This document shows positions 1-11,774 of a stretch of DNA of 64,000 nt, piece by piece (the stretch's first letter is position 1; each line of letters starts with the position of its first letter). The position numbers were made by a program, and so were the translations under genes. The DNA is from an uncultured bacterium (lineage in GTDB: Bacteria > Actinomycetota > Acidimicrobiia > Spongiisociales > UBA5794): the NCBI GenBank assembly GCA_963801165.1, contig CAWDDT010000006.1, positions 416,001 through 480,000 on the forward strand. Reading direction: 5' to 3'. Under the pieces are notes generated by a model. The model was not told the DNA's origin, did no database searches, and was given only the letters and a program-made list of their open reading frames with translations.

Positions 1-183
1 ACAGGTGAACAACGGCGCCATCAAAGCGACATATGAGATGAAGGACATATAGAAGAACGCGATCGTCGCCATCCGGTGCCGCCTCAGGCGGGTAACGAAT
101 AGGTCCCATTGTGTGATCGGTTCCGCAGAGATGCCCTCTGCGGCGTCTAAAACGAGTTCGTCGCTCGATCCACGCTCAGTCAT
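1..183 (-). CDS. Peptide ABC transporter permease, OppC/DppC-type, N-terminal part only (runs off window)
   Basis: Manual translation MTERGSSDELVLDAAEGISAEPITQWDLFVTRLRRHRMATIAFF... matches the OppC N-terminal pattern; start overlaps the stop of the upstream permease. Confidence 0.75.
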   Translation of the reverse strand, partial: MTERGSSDELVLDAAEGISAEPITQWDLFVTRLRRHRMATIAFFYMSFISYVALMAPLFTC

Positions 184-1402
184 AGCGGACTCTCGGGTCC
201 AGGACGCCGTAGAGAATGTCGGCAACGATGTTCATGACGACAACGCCTGCCCCGATGGCCAACACCACGGCCATGATCGTCGGGTAGTCGATAGCGTTTA
301 TGGCTCCGATATACATCCGTCCGATGCCCGGCCAGCCGAAGATCGACTCGGTGATGATTGCCCCACCGATGATGAATGCAATGTCGATCGAGACGAGGGT
401 GACGATCGGGATCATCGCGTTGCGTAGAGCGTGCTTGACGATGATGGTCCGCCGGGGCAGGCCCTTGGCCTTGGCGGTTCGCAGATAGTCGGAGTGCATC
501 ACCTCCAGCATCGACGCCCGCTGGAAACGTGAGTAACCGGCCATCGAAATCGCGGCGATCGACACCGCCGGCAGCGTCAGGTGTTGGATGACATCACCGA
601 GCTGGGACAGCGAAGGAAGGCCGAACAATCCGCGGCCAAGCTGCTCATATCCGGAGCTGGTCATCCCGGCGACATAGAACACCTTCACCCCGAGCCAGCG
701 TTCCAGCTGATAGGCCAGGACCAGCTGCAGCATGACACCGATGATGAAGATCGGCGTCGAGTACGTGATGAACGAGAGTGTCGTGCCCAGCTGGTCAAAG
801 AACGAATACTGTCTGATTGCCTGGTACACGCCAAGCGGTATCCCGATGATCAGGGCCAATATCAGTGCGGTCATGCCAAGCCGGAACGTGTTGCCAGCGG
901 CCGAGAAGATATTGTCCCACACGGGACCGTCGCCCCGGAACGACACTCCCCAGTTGAATGCGAACACAACCCGGCTCTTGAGGATCCACAACTCCATGAA
1001 GGCCACCAGGAGAATCCCGAAAGCCCTATAGGAGCGCCACCAGTTCGCCTCGATCTTGACGAAGAAGGCGGCGACGATGGCGGCGATTGCACCAAAGAAT
1101 GTCGCTATCGCAACCCAGCTGCGAATACCAAGCTTCCCGAACAGCACGATAAGGCCCGCCTGCGACGGGACGTCGACGGGGGTGACGAAGTTGTGCAGCC
1201 AGATTATGTACTGCTCGTACCAGGGCTTGTCGAGCCCCCATTGCCTGGTCAACTGCGGAATCAACGGTTGCATTCTCTGATTCAGCTTCAGCCGATCCAG
1301 CGGGGAGCCCCCGGAGAATTGGATCAGCACAAACACGACCAAGCTCAATGCGAACAGCGTGACTATGCCATAAACCAAGCGTCGAATGATGTACGCGAAC
1401 AT
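176..1402 (-). CDS. Peptide/nickel ABC transporter permease, OppB/DppB family
   Basis: N-terminus MFAYIIRRL, EAA loop DYLRTAKAKGL..IIVKHALRNA, ITESIFGWPGIG, C-terminus LDPRVRY. Confidence 0.92.
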   Translation of the reverse strand: MFAYIIRRLVYGIVTLFALSLVVFVLIQFSGGSPLDRLKLNQRMQPLIPQLTRQWGLDKPWYEQYIIWLHNFVTPVDVPSQAGLIVLFGKLGIRSWVAIATFFGAIAAIVAAFFVKIEANWWRSYRAFGILLVAFMELWILKSRVVFAFNWGVSFRGDGPVWDNIFSAAGNTFRLGMTALILALIIGIPLGVYQAIRQYSFFDQLGTTLSFITYSTPIFIIGVMLQLVLAYQLERWLGVKVFYVAGMTSSGYEQLGRGLFGLPSLSQLGDVIQHLTLPAVSIAAISMAGYSRFQRASMLEVMHSDYLRTAKAKGLPRRTIIVKHALRNAMIPIVTLVSIDIAFIIGGAIITESIFGWPGIGRMYIGAINAIDYPTIMAVVLAIGAGVVVMNIVADILYGVLDPRVRYD

Positions 1403-1556
1403 CCTCTAATGCCTCCCGCTCGGGTGCAGAGACTATACCAGGCGCGACGGCCCGGCCGGGGGAGAAACAGTCACACCCCTGGCTCGTGTTGGCCGCAACT
1501 GTGCATTGCCGAAGCTCCTCCTCGAATTCTCGCCGCACCCGCCTCAGCCTACGAGA

Positions 1557-1584
1557 AGAGGGGCCCGCTGACGCAGGCCCCTCT
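1557..1584 (-). terminator. GC-rich hairpin downstream of the substrate-binding protein gene (terminator or mRNA stabiliser)
   Basis: AGAGGGGCC (1557-1565) and GGCCCCTCT (1576-1584) form an inverted repeat. Confidence 0.6.
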
Positions 1585-1612
1585 CTCAGTTGCTGTGGTG
1601 TTCGGCTTGAAC

Positions 1613-3412
1613 CTAGAGGTCCTTCCGGTACCAGTCCTCAATGTTCCACAGGTCCGTTGCGGATGTCGGGTTGTGCTTGTAGCCACCAACCGTGTCACCC
1701 CAGACAGCACCGACAGTGAGACGGGCATACAGCGGGATGATCACCAGCTCGTCTGCCAGGATCTGCTCGCCTTCCTGCATCAGCGGAATGAGTACGTTCG
1801 GGTCAACAGAGGCGTTGAGCTCGTCGCGAATCTCAGCGAACCGCTTCGAGTTGTCGTCGATGACCGACGAATCCGCCGTGCCCCAGCGGTACACGTTCTG
1901 ACCGTCCGGTGGCGGCTGCTCGGGATCGAACAGGTCGTAGAGGCTGACACCACCGGAGAAGCCCGGTGAACCAGACCACGCCCACTCGCCCAGGTCCCAC
2001 AGACCGTTGTCGAGTGTCTCACCGAAGAACACCTGCGAATCCTCCAGCTGGTTCTCGTAGTTGACGCCGACGTCCTGGAACATGTTCACGAAAAGCTCGG
2101 AGAGCTTGACACGAGCATCGTTGTTGGAAGTCGTCGAGAACACAGTGTGCAATTGATCGACACCCAGCTCTGCCTTGGCCTTGTCGAAGTATTCCTTGGC
2201 AGTGTCCGGGTTGTACTCGTACTTCGACCACGGATTCGTGGCGATGCTCGGGTTGCCGACGAGGAATGTATCCAACGGCTCTACCTGCCCGGCGAGGATC
2301 TCATCGACGATGAGGCCCTTGTTGATGGTGTAGGCGACGCCCGTCCTGTAGTTCAGGTTGTCGTTCGCCGAGTCCGGGTTCTTCTCGAAACGGCCGGGGC
2401 CGAACTGGAAGTTCAGGTGCTCCCAAATCGGGCCAGTGAGAACCTCTACGGTCGCGCCGTCAGGCTCGAGTGCCTGCAGCGTCTCGATGAGATCCGTGGA
2501 CGGCGGAGGCTGGATGACATCGACCTCACGGCCCTTGAAGGCGGTGATGATCGACTCGGTCTCCGGGATGAACCGCATGACAACGCTGTCGAGGTACGGC
2601 AGCTGCTGACCGGTCTCGGGATCGGTCTTCCAGTAATTGTCGTTGCGGACGACCTTGACGTACTCACCCTTCTGCCAGCTGTCGAACACAAACGGTCCGG
2701 CTGACGGCCACATCTTGTCGTTCCAGTCGGTCGCAAAATCAGTGCCCTCGACCGCATGCTTCGGAACGATGATTCCGAAGACCAGCTCGTACTGCACGGT
2801 CGGCTGAGCGAGCGTGTAGCTGAAGGTCTTGGCACCAACGTCGGTCGAGATGATGTCCTCGTAGATGGCCTTGTCGGTCGGGAGATCGGGATTCAGGTGC
2901 AAGTCCAGCGTGAACTGGAAGTCATCACCGCTGATCGGCACGCCGTCGGACCATACCGCCTCGTCACTGATCTGGTAGTTGACGGTCATCGTCCCGTCGT
3001 CGTTGATCACGACTCCGCCGTTTTCGGTAGTAGGCAGTTCGGTCACCAAATCCGGGATGAGCTCGAGGGTGTAACCATCGACATCCTGGACGCCGGCGAG
3101 ATAAGCCTGGCCGAGCCGGGCCACAATTACGTTATCGCCGCCAACGGCCAGCGGGTTCAAGGTTGGGGGCTCCTGGTCATCCGCTACGACCACCTCACCA
3201 CCGTACGGCTTGCCCGGGGCTTCAGTCGTGGTGGTGGTAGTTGCCGCTGCAGTTGTACTAGGGGCCGCTGTTGTCGTTTCCGGTGCTTGTGTCGTGGTGG
3301 TCGCAGTGGTGTCACTCGTATTGTCGTCTCCGCCACACGCGGTAACGATCAACGCAAAAGCGACTACTACAGCCAACCACAACACCCTGCGGCTACGCCA
3401 CAATCGATTCAA
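1613..3412 (-). CDS. Family 5 (OppA/DppA-like) ABC substrate-binding lipoprotein
   Basis: Lipobox VTAC, Thr-rich linker, WSDGVPISGDDF, SAGPFVFDSW, RNDNYW motifs; lies upstream of the permeases. Confidence 0.92.
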   Translation of the reverse strand: MNRLWRSRRVLWLAVVVAFALIVTACGGDDNTSDTTATTTTQAPETTTAAPSTTAAATTTTTTEAPGKPYGGEVVVADDQEPPTLNPLAVGGDNVIVARLGQAYLAGVQDVDGYTLELIPDLVTELPTTENGGVVINDDGTMTVNYQISDEAVWSDGVPISGDDFQFTLDLHLNPDLPTDKAIYEDIISTDVGAKTFSYTLAQPTVQYELVFGIIVPKHAVEGTDFATDWNDKMWPSAGPFVFDSWQKGEYVKVVRNDNYWKTDPETGQQLPYLDSVVMRFIPETESIITAFKGREVDVIQPPPSTDLIETLQALEPDGATVEVLTGPIWEHLNFQFGPGRFEKNPDSANDNLNYRTGVAYTINKGLIVDEILAGQVEPLDTFLVGNPSIATNPWSKYEYNPDTAKEYFDKAKAELGVDQLHTVFSTTSNNDARVKLSELFVNMFQDVGVNYENQLEDSQVFFGETLDNGLWDLGEWAWSGSPGFSGGVSLYDLFDPEQPPPDGQNVYRWGTADSSVIDDNSKRFAEIRDELNASVDPNVLIPLMQEGEQILADELVIIPLYARLTVGAVWGDTVGGYKHNPTSATDLWNIEDWYRKDL

Positions 3413-3461
3413 GGTGTTGCCTCCTTGGTATACCGTGTAGGGGGACTGATGGAACCAGCGC

Positions 3462-3692
3462 TCAACGGGACCAGAGCCACGTCAAGAGCACCGTGGTTAC
3501 GGCAAACACGGCGGATACCGAAACCGTGATCCTGTCGAGGTTCCTCTCCACGACATTGGATCCGGTAAAGCCTCCGCCCATGCCACCGCCGAACATGTCT
3601 GATACGCCTCCACCCCTCCCCGCATGCAGCAGGATGAGGAAAATGAGGGCAAGCGACACGAGCGCGTGAAGCGCCGCCACGACTGATGCCAA
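3462..3692 (-). CDS. secG: Preprotein translocase subunit SecG
   Basis: LILLHAGRGGGVSDMFGGG...VERNLDRIT is the actinobacterial SecG signature; TTG start after a GGGAGA RBS. Confidence 0.92.
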   Translation of the reverse strand: MASVVAALHALVSLALIFLILLHAGRGGGVSDMFGGGMGGGFTGSNVVERNLDRITVSVSAVFAVTTVLLTWLWSR

Positions 3693-3813
3693 GGGTCTCC
3701 CTTTCTCACACGGGACCCGCACACACGGGCCCATAGACGCGAGTATGGAGTGTTCGCGCCAGAAGATCAAGTTTGTCGACGCCAGGTTCTGGCAAGGCCC
3801 AACCGCGGTCGGG

Positions 3814-4554
3814 TCATCCCGCCTGCTTGGCGACGGCTTCTGCGGCCGCGGCTGCGGCATCGGCGTCGCCGAGATATCGGCTGTTGATCGGCTCTAAATT
3901 CTCGTCGAGCTCGTACAGCAGGGGGATCCCCGTCGGGATGTTGAGATCCGGAATCTCCTCGTCGGAGATTCCGTCGAGATGCTTCACCAACGCACGAAGA
4001 CTGTTGCCGTGGGCGGCGACGATCACCGTCTTGCCGGCGCGCAGGTCGGGGACGATGGCATCGTGCCAGTACGGCAGCATGCGCTCGACGACGTCCTTGA
4101 GGCACTCGGTCGCGGGCAACAGGTCGGGCGGCATCCATGCGTAGCGCGGATCGTGTCCCGGATGACGCTGGTCCATAGGATCGAGAGCAGGGGGCGGTGT
4201 CGCATACGAGCGCCGCCACATGTGCACCTGCTCCTTGCCGTGTTGCTCGACCGTCTCCTTCTTGTTGAGACCCTGTAGCGCGCCATAGTGCCGTTCGTTC
4301 AGCCGCCAGCTCTTGACGACCGGGATCCACACCTGGCCCATCTCGATCAGTGCCAGGTGAAGCGTATCGATGGCCCGCTCCAGAAGCGAGGTATGGGCCA
4401 CGTCGAACCGCAAGCCCTCGTCCTTCATGATCTTCCCGGCCGCCCTGGCCTCGGTGACTCCGAGCTCGGACAGGGGGACATCGGTCCAGCCGGTGAACAC
4501 GTTCTCCAGATTCCATGACGACTGGCCATGACGCAGTAAGACGAGTGTTGTCAT
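3814..4554 (-). CDS. gpmA: 2,3-BPG-dependent phosphoglycerate mutase
   Basis: [37 protein letters not shown]. Confidence 0.96.
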   Translation of the reverse strand: MTTLVLLRHGQSSWNLENVFTGWTDVPLSELGVTEARAAGKIMKDEGLRFDVAHTSLLERAIDTLHLALIEMGQVWIPVVKSWRLNERHYGALQGLNKKETVEQHGKEQVHMWRRSYATPPPALDPMDQRHPGHDPRYAWMPPDLLPATECLKDVVERMLPYWHDAIVPDLRAGKTVIVAAHGNSLRALVKHLDGISDEEIPDLNIPTGIPLLYELDENLEPINSRYLGDADAAAAAAEAVAKQAG

Positions 4555-4615
4555 CAGAAGACTCCTGTCGCGACTACCGACCAAGCTAGCGCGCCGCTTC
4601 GATTTCCCACAGGCG

Positions 4616-6355
4616 TCACCGCTCGCGGCGATACCAATACTCGATGTTCCAGGTGCTACCGGCCTGGCTGGGGTTCAGATCGAAGCCCACAATGGTGTCG
4701 GCCCACACCGCGGCCGCTACCTGACGCGCCCCCACCGGAATCACGACTGCGTTATCGGCAAGAATCTGCTCAGCGGCCCGGGAGAGACTCATCACCTGGG
4801 CGGAGTCGAACGAGTTGCGAGCCACTGCCATTACGCCCCGAAACCGTGCCACAGCGTCGTCGTCGGCCACGGTGGAGTCGGGTGTCCCCCACCGGTACAG
4901 GTTCTTGCCGTCGGGCGGGGACGAATCCGGGTCGAAACGCTCGAGGGTCTCCAGCGCACGGCTTGCCCCCGGGTTCCACGCCCAGGCAAACCAGCCAATG
5001 TCCCAGGTGCCGTCGTTCAGAGTGTCGCCAAAGAAGACCTGTGAGTCCTCGAGCTGGAGTTCGACGTCGATACCGATGTTCCCCAGCGCCGATGCGAGAT
5101 AGTCGGCGATGCGGGGCCGCTCCTCCTCGGCGTCGTTCGTCGTCGACAAGATCGCGACGGGCGGATCGGCGTCACAATCTCGCTCCGCGGCGGCACACGC
5201 ATCCGCCAGCAGCTCCTTCGCCCGCCTTGGGTCGAAGGAGTATTGGGCCCACGGTGCACCGTCCTTCGCATGGAGATCCAGGAAGGAGAAAATCGGCGCC
5301 CATCCGACAAGGGCGGCGATGCGCTCAGGATCGATGGCGTAGGCAACGGCCTGCCGGAACGATCGGAACCGGTTCAGAGACTCGGGGTTCCGATTGTTCG
5401 GCCCGAATTGGAAGTTCAAGTGCTCCCAGATCGGACCGGCTTCCAGCTGGAGGTCCACGCCGTCCGACTCCAACCGCTCCAAGCTCTTGATCGTCTCCGC
5501 GTCATAAATCGGCTGTATGACGTCAAGCTGCCGTTGGGTGAATTGGAATAGGAGATCCCCACCGTCCTGTATGAAACGGAACTCGACCGCATCCAGATAC
5601 GGCAGCTCGTTGCCTGCCGAGTCGGTCTTCCAGTAGTGGTCGTTGCGGGTCAGCTTGATGTACTCGCCCGGTTTCCATTCCGAGAACACGAAGGGGCCGG
5701 CCGACGGCCACATCTGCGTATTCCAGTCCGTGAGGAAGTCGGTACCCTCGACCGCGTGGCGGGGGACGATGTAGCGGAACAGGGTCTCATACTCAACGGT
5801 CGGGGCGGCAAACGTCATAGAGAACGTCTTGGCCGAGGAGTTGACCGCAACGACATCCAGCTCCGTCCACTGGTCGCGGGAGATGTCCGGGTCACGCATC
5901 AGGTTCCAGGTGAACGCCAGGTCGGCAGCCGTGACAGGAACACCGTCACTCCAGACAGCATCGTCACGGATCACCCAACGAACCGTCATCGTGCCGTCAT
6001 CGTTCAGGACCACACCACCATTCCCGACCGATGGAAGCTCGGTGACCAACTCGGGGACGAGCTGCAGGGTCGATCCGTCGACGTCGTAGACACCCGCGAG
6101 GTATGTCTGGCCGATCGTGGCCACGGTGGAGACGTCTCCGCCGTCTGCGAACGGGTTGAGCGTCAGTGGCTCCTGGTCGCCGCCTATCACGACGGTCCCG
6201 CCGTATGCGGGTGCCGGCGGCTCGGTCGTGGTGGCGCCGTCCGCCGGGGCGCTCGCCCTCCGCACCGAGGTCTCCGTGCCGCCAAGCTCACCACCCCTGC
6301 TGCAGGCGGCGGCAAGCAATGAAGCCGCACACAGCAGAGCAAGGACGCGTCGCAT
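4616..6355 (-). CDS. Second family 5 ABC substrate-binding lipoprotein, paralogue of 1613..3412
   Basis: Lipobox AAAC; long shared blocks ([52 protein letters not shown]). Confidence 0.9.
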   Translation of the reverse strand: MRRVLALLCAASLLAAACSRGGELGGTETSVRRASAPADGATTTEPPAPAYGGTVVIGGDQEPLTLNPFADGGDVSTVATIGQTYLAGVYDVDGSTLQLVPELVTELPSVGNGGVVLNDDGTMTVRWVIRDDAVWSDGVPVTAADLAFTWNLMRDPDISRDQWTELDVVAVNSSAKTFSMTFAAPTVEYETLFRYIVPRHAVEGTDFLTDWNTQMWPSAGPFVFSEWKPGEYIKLTRNDHYWKTDSAGNELPYLDAVEFRFIQDGGDLLFQFTQRQLDVIQPIYDAETIKSLERLESDGVDLQLEAGPIWEHLNFQFGPNNRNPESLNRFRSFRQAVAYAIDPERIAALVGWAPIFSFLDLHAKDGAPWAQYSFDPRRAKELLADACAAAERDCDADPPVAILSTTNDAEEERPRIADYLASALGNIGIDVELQLEDSQVFFGDTLNDGTWDIGWFAWAWNPGASRALETLERFDPDSSPPDGKNLYRWGTPDSTVADDDAVARFRGVMAVARNSFDSAQVMSLSRAAEQILADNAVVIPVGARQVAAAVWADTIVGFDLNPSQAGSTWNIEYWYRRER

Positions 6356-6420
6356 TGGCCTCCAGTCGACGCGCTTCACCTTACTCGGAGCAACCCATAC
6401 CGGCCCCGGCCGGTCGCGGC

Positions 6421-6795
6421 CTATGCCGCGAGGTCGATCAGAACCCGGCGCTTGTGCCAAATCGGCGTCTCCACACCGGGACGTGCCCCAGCGCCAACGA
6501 GACTCCCGGTACCGATCCCATCCATGCCGAAATGGCGGGCATCACAACTCTCGATGGCCTCACGCACCAGCCGGACCGACTCTGAGATGGCCCAGTCATG
6601 CCCCGGTGCGTCAAGCACGAAGTCGAACGTCAGCGACGACTCGGCGAAATCAGTGATGACCCGCACGCCGCTGACTCGCTCGTGCACTGCGATCTTGTCA
6701 CGAACCGCATCGACGTGGTCGTAGAACCCGAAACCGTTGCCCGGCCAGCATGAATGCCGGGTGAGACGGAACTCGAAAGAGACTCTGTACTGCAT
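6421..6795 (-). CDS. Hypothetical protein, 124 aa
   Basis: ATG start with a G-rich upstream sequence; same strand as neighbours, fills the gap; globular composition. Confidence 0.6.
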   Translation of the reverse strand: MQYRVSFEFRLTRHSCWPGNGFGFYDHVDAVRDKIAVHERVSGVRVITDFAESSLTFDFVLDAPGHDWAISESVRLVREAIESCDARHFGMDGIGTGSLVGAGARPGVETPIWHKRRVLIDLAA

Positions 6796-6969
6796 GTTCC
6801 ACCACCCCTGCGACGAGGGGCCCCTTGACTCCTACCTACCCGCTACCCCAGGTAGCGTTGCCTGCACTGATAGTGCACGACAACCCGTCGGCGGGCAATG
6901 CCCATTCCCTGCCCACGACGAGGGACTAGTGCAGGAAGAGTCGTTCCGGTGGCGTCTGCGTACCTCGCC

Positions 6970-7734
6970 TCACATCCAGTAGCGGACGATCGAGGCGAAG
7001 CTGTCGGGGTCGAGCGAGGCGCCTCCCACGAGGGCTCCATCGATGTCGCGCTTTGCCATCAGACCGGCGATGTTCCCCGGCTTGACCGACCCTCCGTAGA
7101 GGATTCGCACCGAGTCGGCGGCCTCCCCGAACATCCCGGCGACGGTGTCGCGGACAAAGGTGCACATGTCTCCGGCGTCGTCGCCGCTGGCGGTCTTGCC
7201 GGTGCCGATGGCCCAGATCGGCTCGTACGCGATCACCATGGCGGCAACCTGCTCGGCCGTCAGCCCCTGCAGCCCGAGCCTCACCTGAGACCCGACCCTG
7301 TCCTCGGTCCGACCCTCGTCACGCTCCTGCTCGGTCTCCCCGCAGCACATGATCGGCGTCATCCCGGTCTCGAAGATCGCTTTGACCTTCTTGTTCACAT
7401 CTTCGTCTGTCTCCCCGAAGATCTGCCGCCGCTCTGAATGACCTGCGATGACATAGGAGACGGACAGCTTTGCGAGCATTTGCGGGGACACCTCACCGGT
7501 GAAAGCGCCCTTCTCCTCGTAGAAGCAGTGTTGCGCTCCCAGACTCAGTTCGAGCCTGTCGGTCTCGATAACGGTCTGCACGGATCGCAGTGCCGTCAAC
7601 GGCGGACAAACCACCACGTCGACACGCCCGTAGTCGGACGACTCCAACCGGTAGCTCAGCTTCTGCACCATCTGAATCGCTTCGAGATGTGTCGCGTGCA
7701 TTTTCCAGTTGCCGGCGATCAGGTCTTTACGCAT
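6970..7734 (-). CDS. tpiA: Triosephosphate isomerase
   Basis: IAGNWKM, GAFTGEVS, GHSERR, AYEPIWAIGTG, LYGGSVKP, GALVGGASL. Confidence 0.98.
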   Translation of the reverse strand: MRKDLIAGNWKMHATHLEAIQMVQKLSYRLESSDYGRVDVVVCPPLTALRSVQTVIETDRLELSLGAQHCFYEEKGAFTGEVSPQMLAKLSVSYVIAGHSERRQIFGETDEDVNKKVKAIFETGMTPIMCCGETEQERDEGRTEDRVGSQVRLGLQGLTAEQVAAMVIAYEPIWAIGTGKTASGDDAGDMCTFVRDTVAGMFGEAADSVRILYGGSVKPGNIAGLMAKRDIDGALVGGASLDPDSFASIVRYWM

Positions 7735-8911
7735 CGTTCCACCTCTCCAGGGCAGCTATACCCGGTAATACTTTTCCTTCGAGCATCTCGAGACCGGCGC
7801 CACCACCGCTCGAGACGTGCGATATCTGATCCTCCCGGCCGAGCATCCGGATCGCGGCAACGCTGTCGCCGCCACCGACGACGGTGAAGCCGTCGGTCTC
7901 GGCCAGGGCAGCAGCAACCCCCGCCGTGCCGGTGCGGAACGCCTCCCACTCGAACACGCCCATGGGCCCGTTCCAAAAGACGCTGGCAGCCTCGTCGATG
8001 ACGGCCCGGAACCGTTCGATTGACGCCGGCCCTATGTCGAGACCCATCGCGCCTGCGGGGATCGCGCCGACCGCAACCACCTCGTGGTCGGCGTCCTCGG
8101 CAAAACCGGCTGCGGCAACGATATCAACGGGCAGCAGGATCTTGGCACCGTTCTCCCCCGCCAGCAGACCGCCAACCACGTCGATCATTGCTTCCTCGAC
8201 GAGCGAGTTACCCACCTCATAACCTTGAGCCCGCAGCAGGGTGAAGCACATACCGCCACCGACAATCATCTTGTCCACTCGCGGCAGCAGATGGTCCATG
8301 ACCGCGAGCTTGTCGGAGATCTTGGCCCCCCCGAGGATCACGAGGTAGGGGCGGTCTGGATCGCCAAGCAGAGCCGAGAGCGCCTCGACCTCCCTGGCGA
8401 GCAGCACGCCCGCGGCCGAGCGGAGACGCTCGGCAACTCCCACCGTGCTGGCATGGGCACGATGGGCAGAGCCGAAGGCATCGAGAACGAACACGTCGGC
8501 CAACCGCGCCAGCCGATCGGCCAGCTCGGGGTCGTTCTTCGTCTCACCCGGCTCGAACCGGGTGTTCTCGAGGAGGGTAACGGTGCCGGCATCGGCGTCG
8601 GCGACAGCCGCCTCCGCCTCGGGACCGGCAACGACATCGAGCTTGATGACCGGGAATCCTCCGAGCTCCGCCATGCGTCGACCGACCGGATCCATGCGGA
8701 AAGCGTCATCTATGCCCTTGGGACGGCCGAGATGGCTGCAGACAACCACCCTGGCGCCGCGGGCGAGCAGTGCCTCGATGGTGGGGAGGCTGGCTGCGAT
8801 CCGGAAATCGTCGGCCACCTCCCCCTCATCCAGAGGTACGTTCAGATCGGAACGTACGAGGACCGTCTTCCCTGCGACGCCGAGCGCGTCGAGCGTAGGG
8901 AGATTCGTCAT
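7727..8911 (-). CDS. pgk: Phosphoglycerate kinase
   Basis: RSDLNVP, SHLGRP, LLENTRF, DAFGSAHRAHAS, WNGPMGVFE, GGGDS; start moved to MTNLPT. Confidence 0.97.
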   Translation of the reverse strand: MTNLPTLDALGVAGKTVLVRSDLNVPLDEGEVADDFRIAASLPTIEALLARGARVVVCSHLGRPKGIDDAFRMDPVGRRMAELGGFPVIKLDVVAGPEAEAAVADADAGTVTLLENTRFEPGETKNDPELADRLARLADVFVLDAFGSAHRAHASTVGVAERLRSAAGVLLAREVEALSALLGDPDRPYLVILGGAKISDKLAVMDHLLPRVDKMIVGGGMCFTLLRAQGYEVGNSLVEEAMIDVVGGLLAGENGAKILLPVDIVAAAGFAEDADHEVVAVGAIPAGAMGLDIGPASIERFRAVIDEAASVFWNGPMGVFEWEAFRTGTAGVAAALAETDGFTVVGGGDSVAAIRMLGREDQISHVSSGGGAGLEMLEGKVLPGIAALERWNDA

Positions 8912-8918
8912 CTCCCTA

Positions 8919-10904
<1,986 letters not shown>

Positions 10905-10912
<8 letters not shown>

Positions 10913-11774
10913 GGTCGTCCGGGGTATCGCGATGGCTCACGTTCGCGTCGAAGCCCGCCTCGTTCAACAGGCGGGTGACTTCGGTAGCAATGGCGACCGA
11001 CCGGTGACGGCCTCCGGTGCAGCCGATACCGATCGTGAGGTAGGCCTTACCCTCGGCCTCGTAGCGTGGGAGCAGGAAACGAAACAGCTCCATCGCCTTG
11101 TCGATGAACTGCCGGGCGTCTTCAGTGTTGAGCACGTGGTCGCGCACGGCGGCATCATGGCCGGTCAGCGGTCGCAGCTGCGGAATCCAATGCGGATTCG
11201 GCAGGAAGCGCACGTCGAGCAGGATGTCGACAACACGGGGTGAGCCGCGTTTGAAACCGAACGAGATCACATCGACGCGGAGACGTCGTTTCGCTTCGGG
11301 ACCTTCGAACGCTTCGACCACCCGGTCCCGGAGCTCGTGGACATTGAGGTCCGTGGTATCGACGATGAAGTCGGCAAGACCTCTGATCTCCTCGAAGGCG
11401 CGCCGTTCGGCAGCTATGCGCTCCGCCAACGTACCGCTCGGGATGGGATGACTCCGTCTTGTCTCCTCGAACCGGCGTTCCAGGGTCGCATCGTCGGCAT
11501 CCATGAAGAGCACCGTGGTTGGCACGCTGCGCTGCAGCAAGGCATGGAGCGCATCCTCGAGCGCCTCGTAGGTGACCCCGCCCCTGGTATCTACAACAAC
11601 GGCAACCCTATCTCGTTTTCCTTCGGGTACACCGATCTGGTCGATGAGAAACTTGATGAGCTCGGCCGGGAGGTTGTCAACGACGAAGTAGCCGAGGTCT
11701 TCCAGGACGTCGGCTGCCCGCGAGCGCCCGGCTCCCGACATCCCCGTGATGATCACCGCTCGCGGCTGACTCAA
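10905..11774 (-). CDS. rapZ: RapZ/YvcJ RNase adapter P-loop protein
   Basis: ITGMSGAGRS, VVDNLP, SFGFKRG, DVRFLPNPHW, GCTGGRHRSV. Confidence 0.95.

Noticed and set aside
6796-6969. Assignment to a known riboswitch (c-di-AMP, c-di-GMP I/II, cobalamin)
   Set aside because: Conserved core nucleotides of these classes were not found by eye; kept only as an unclassified structured region
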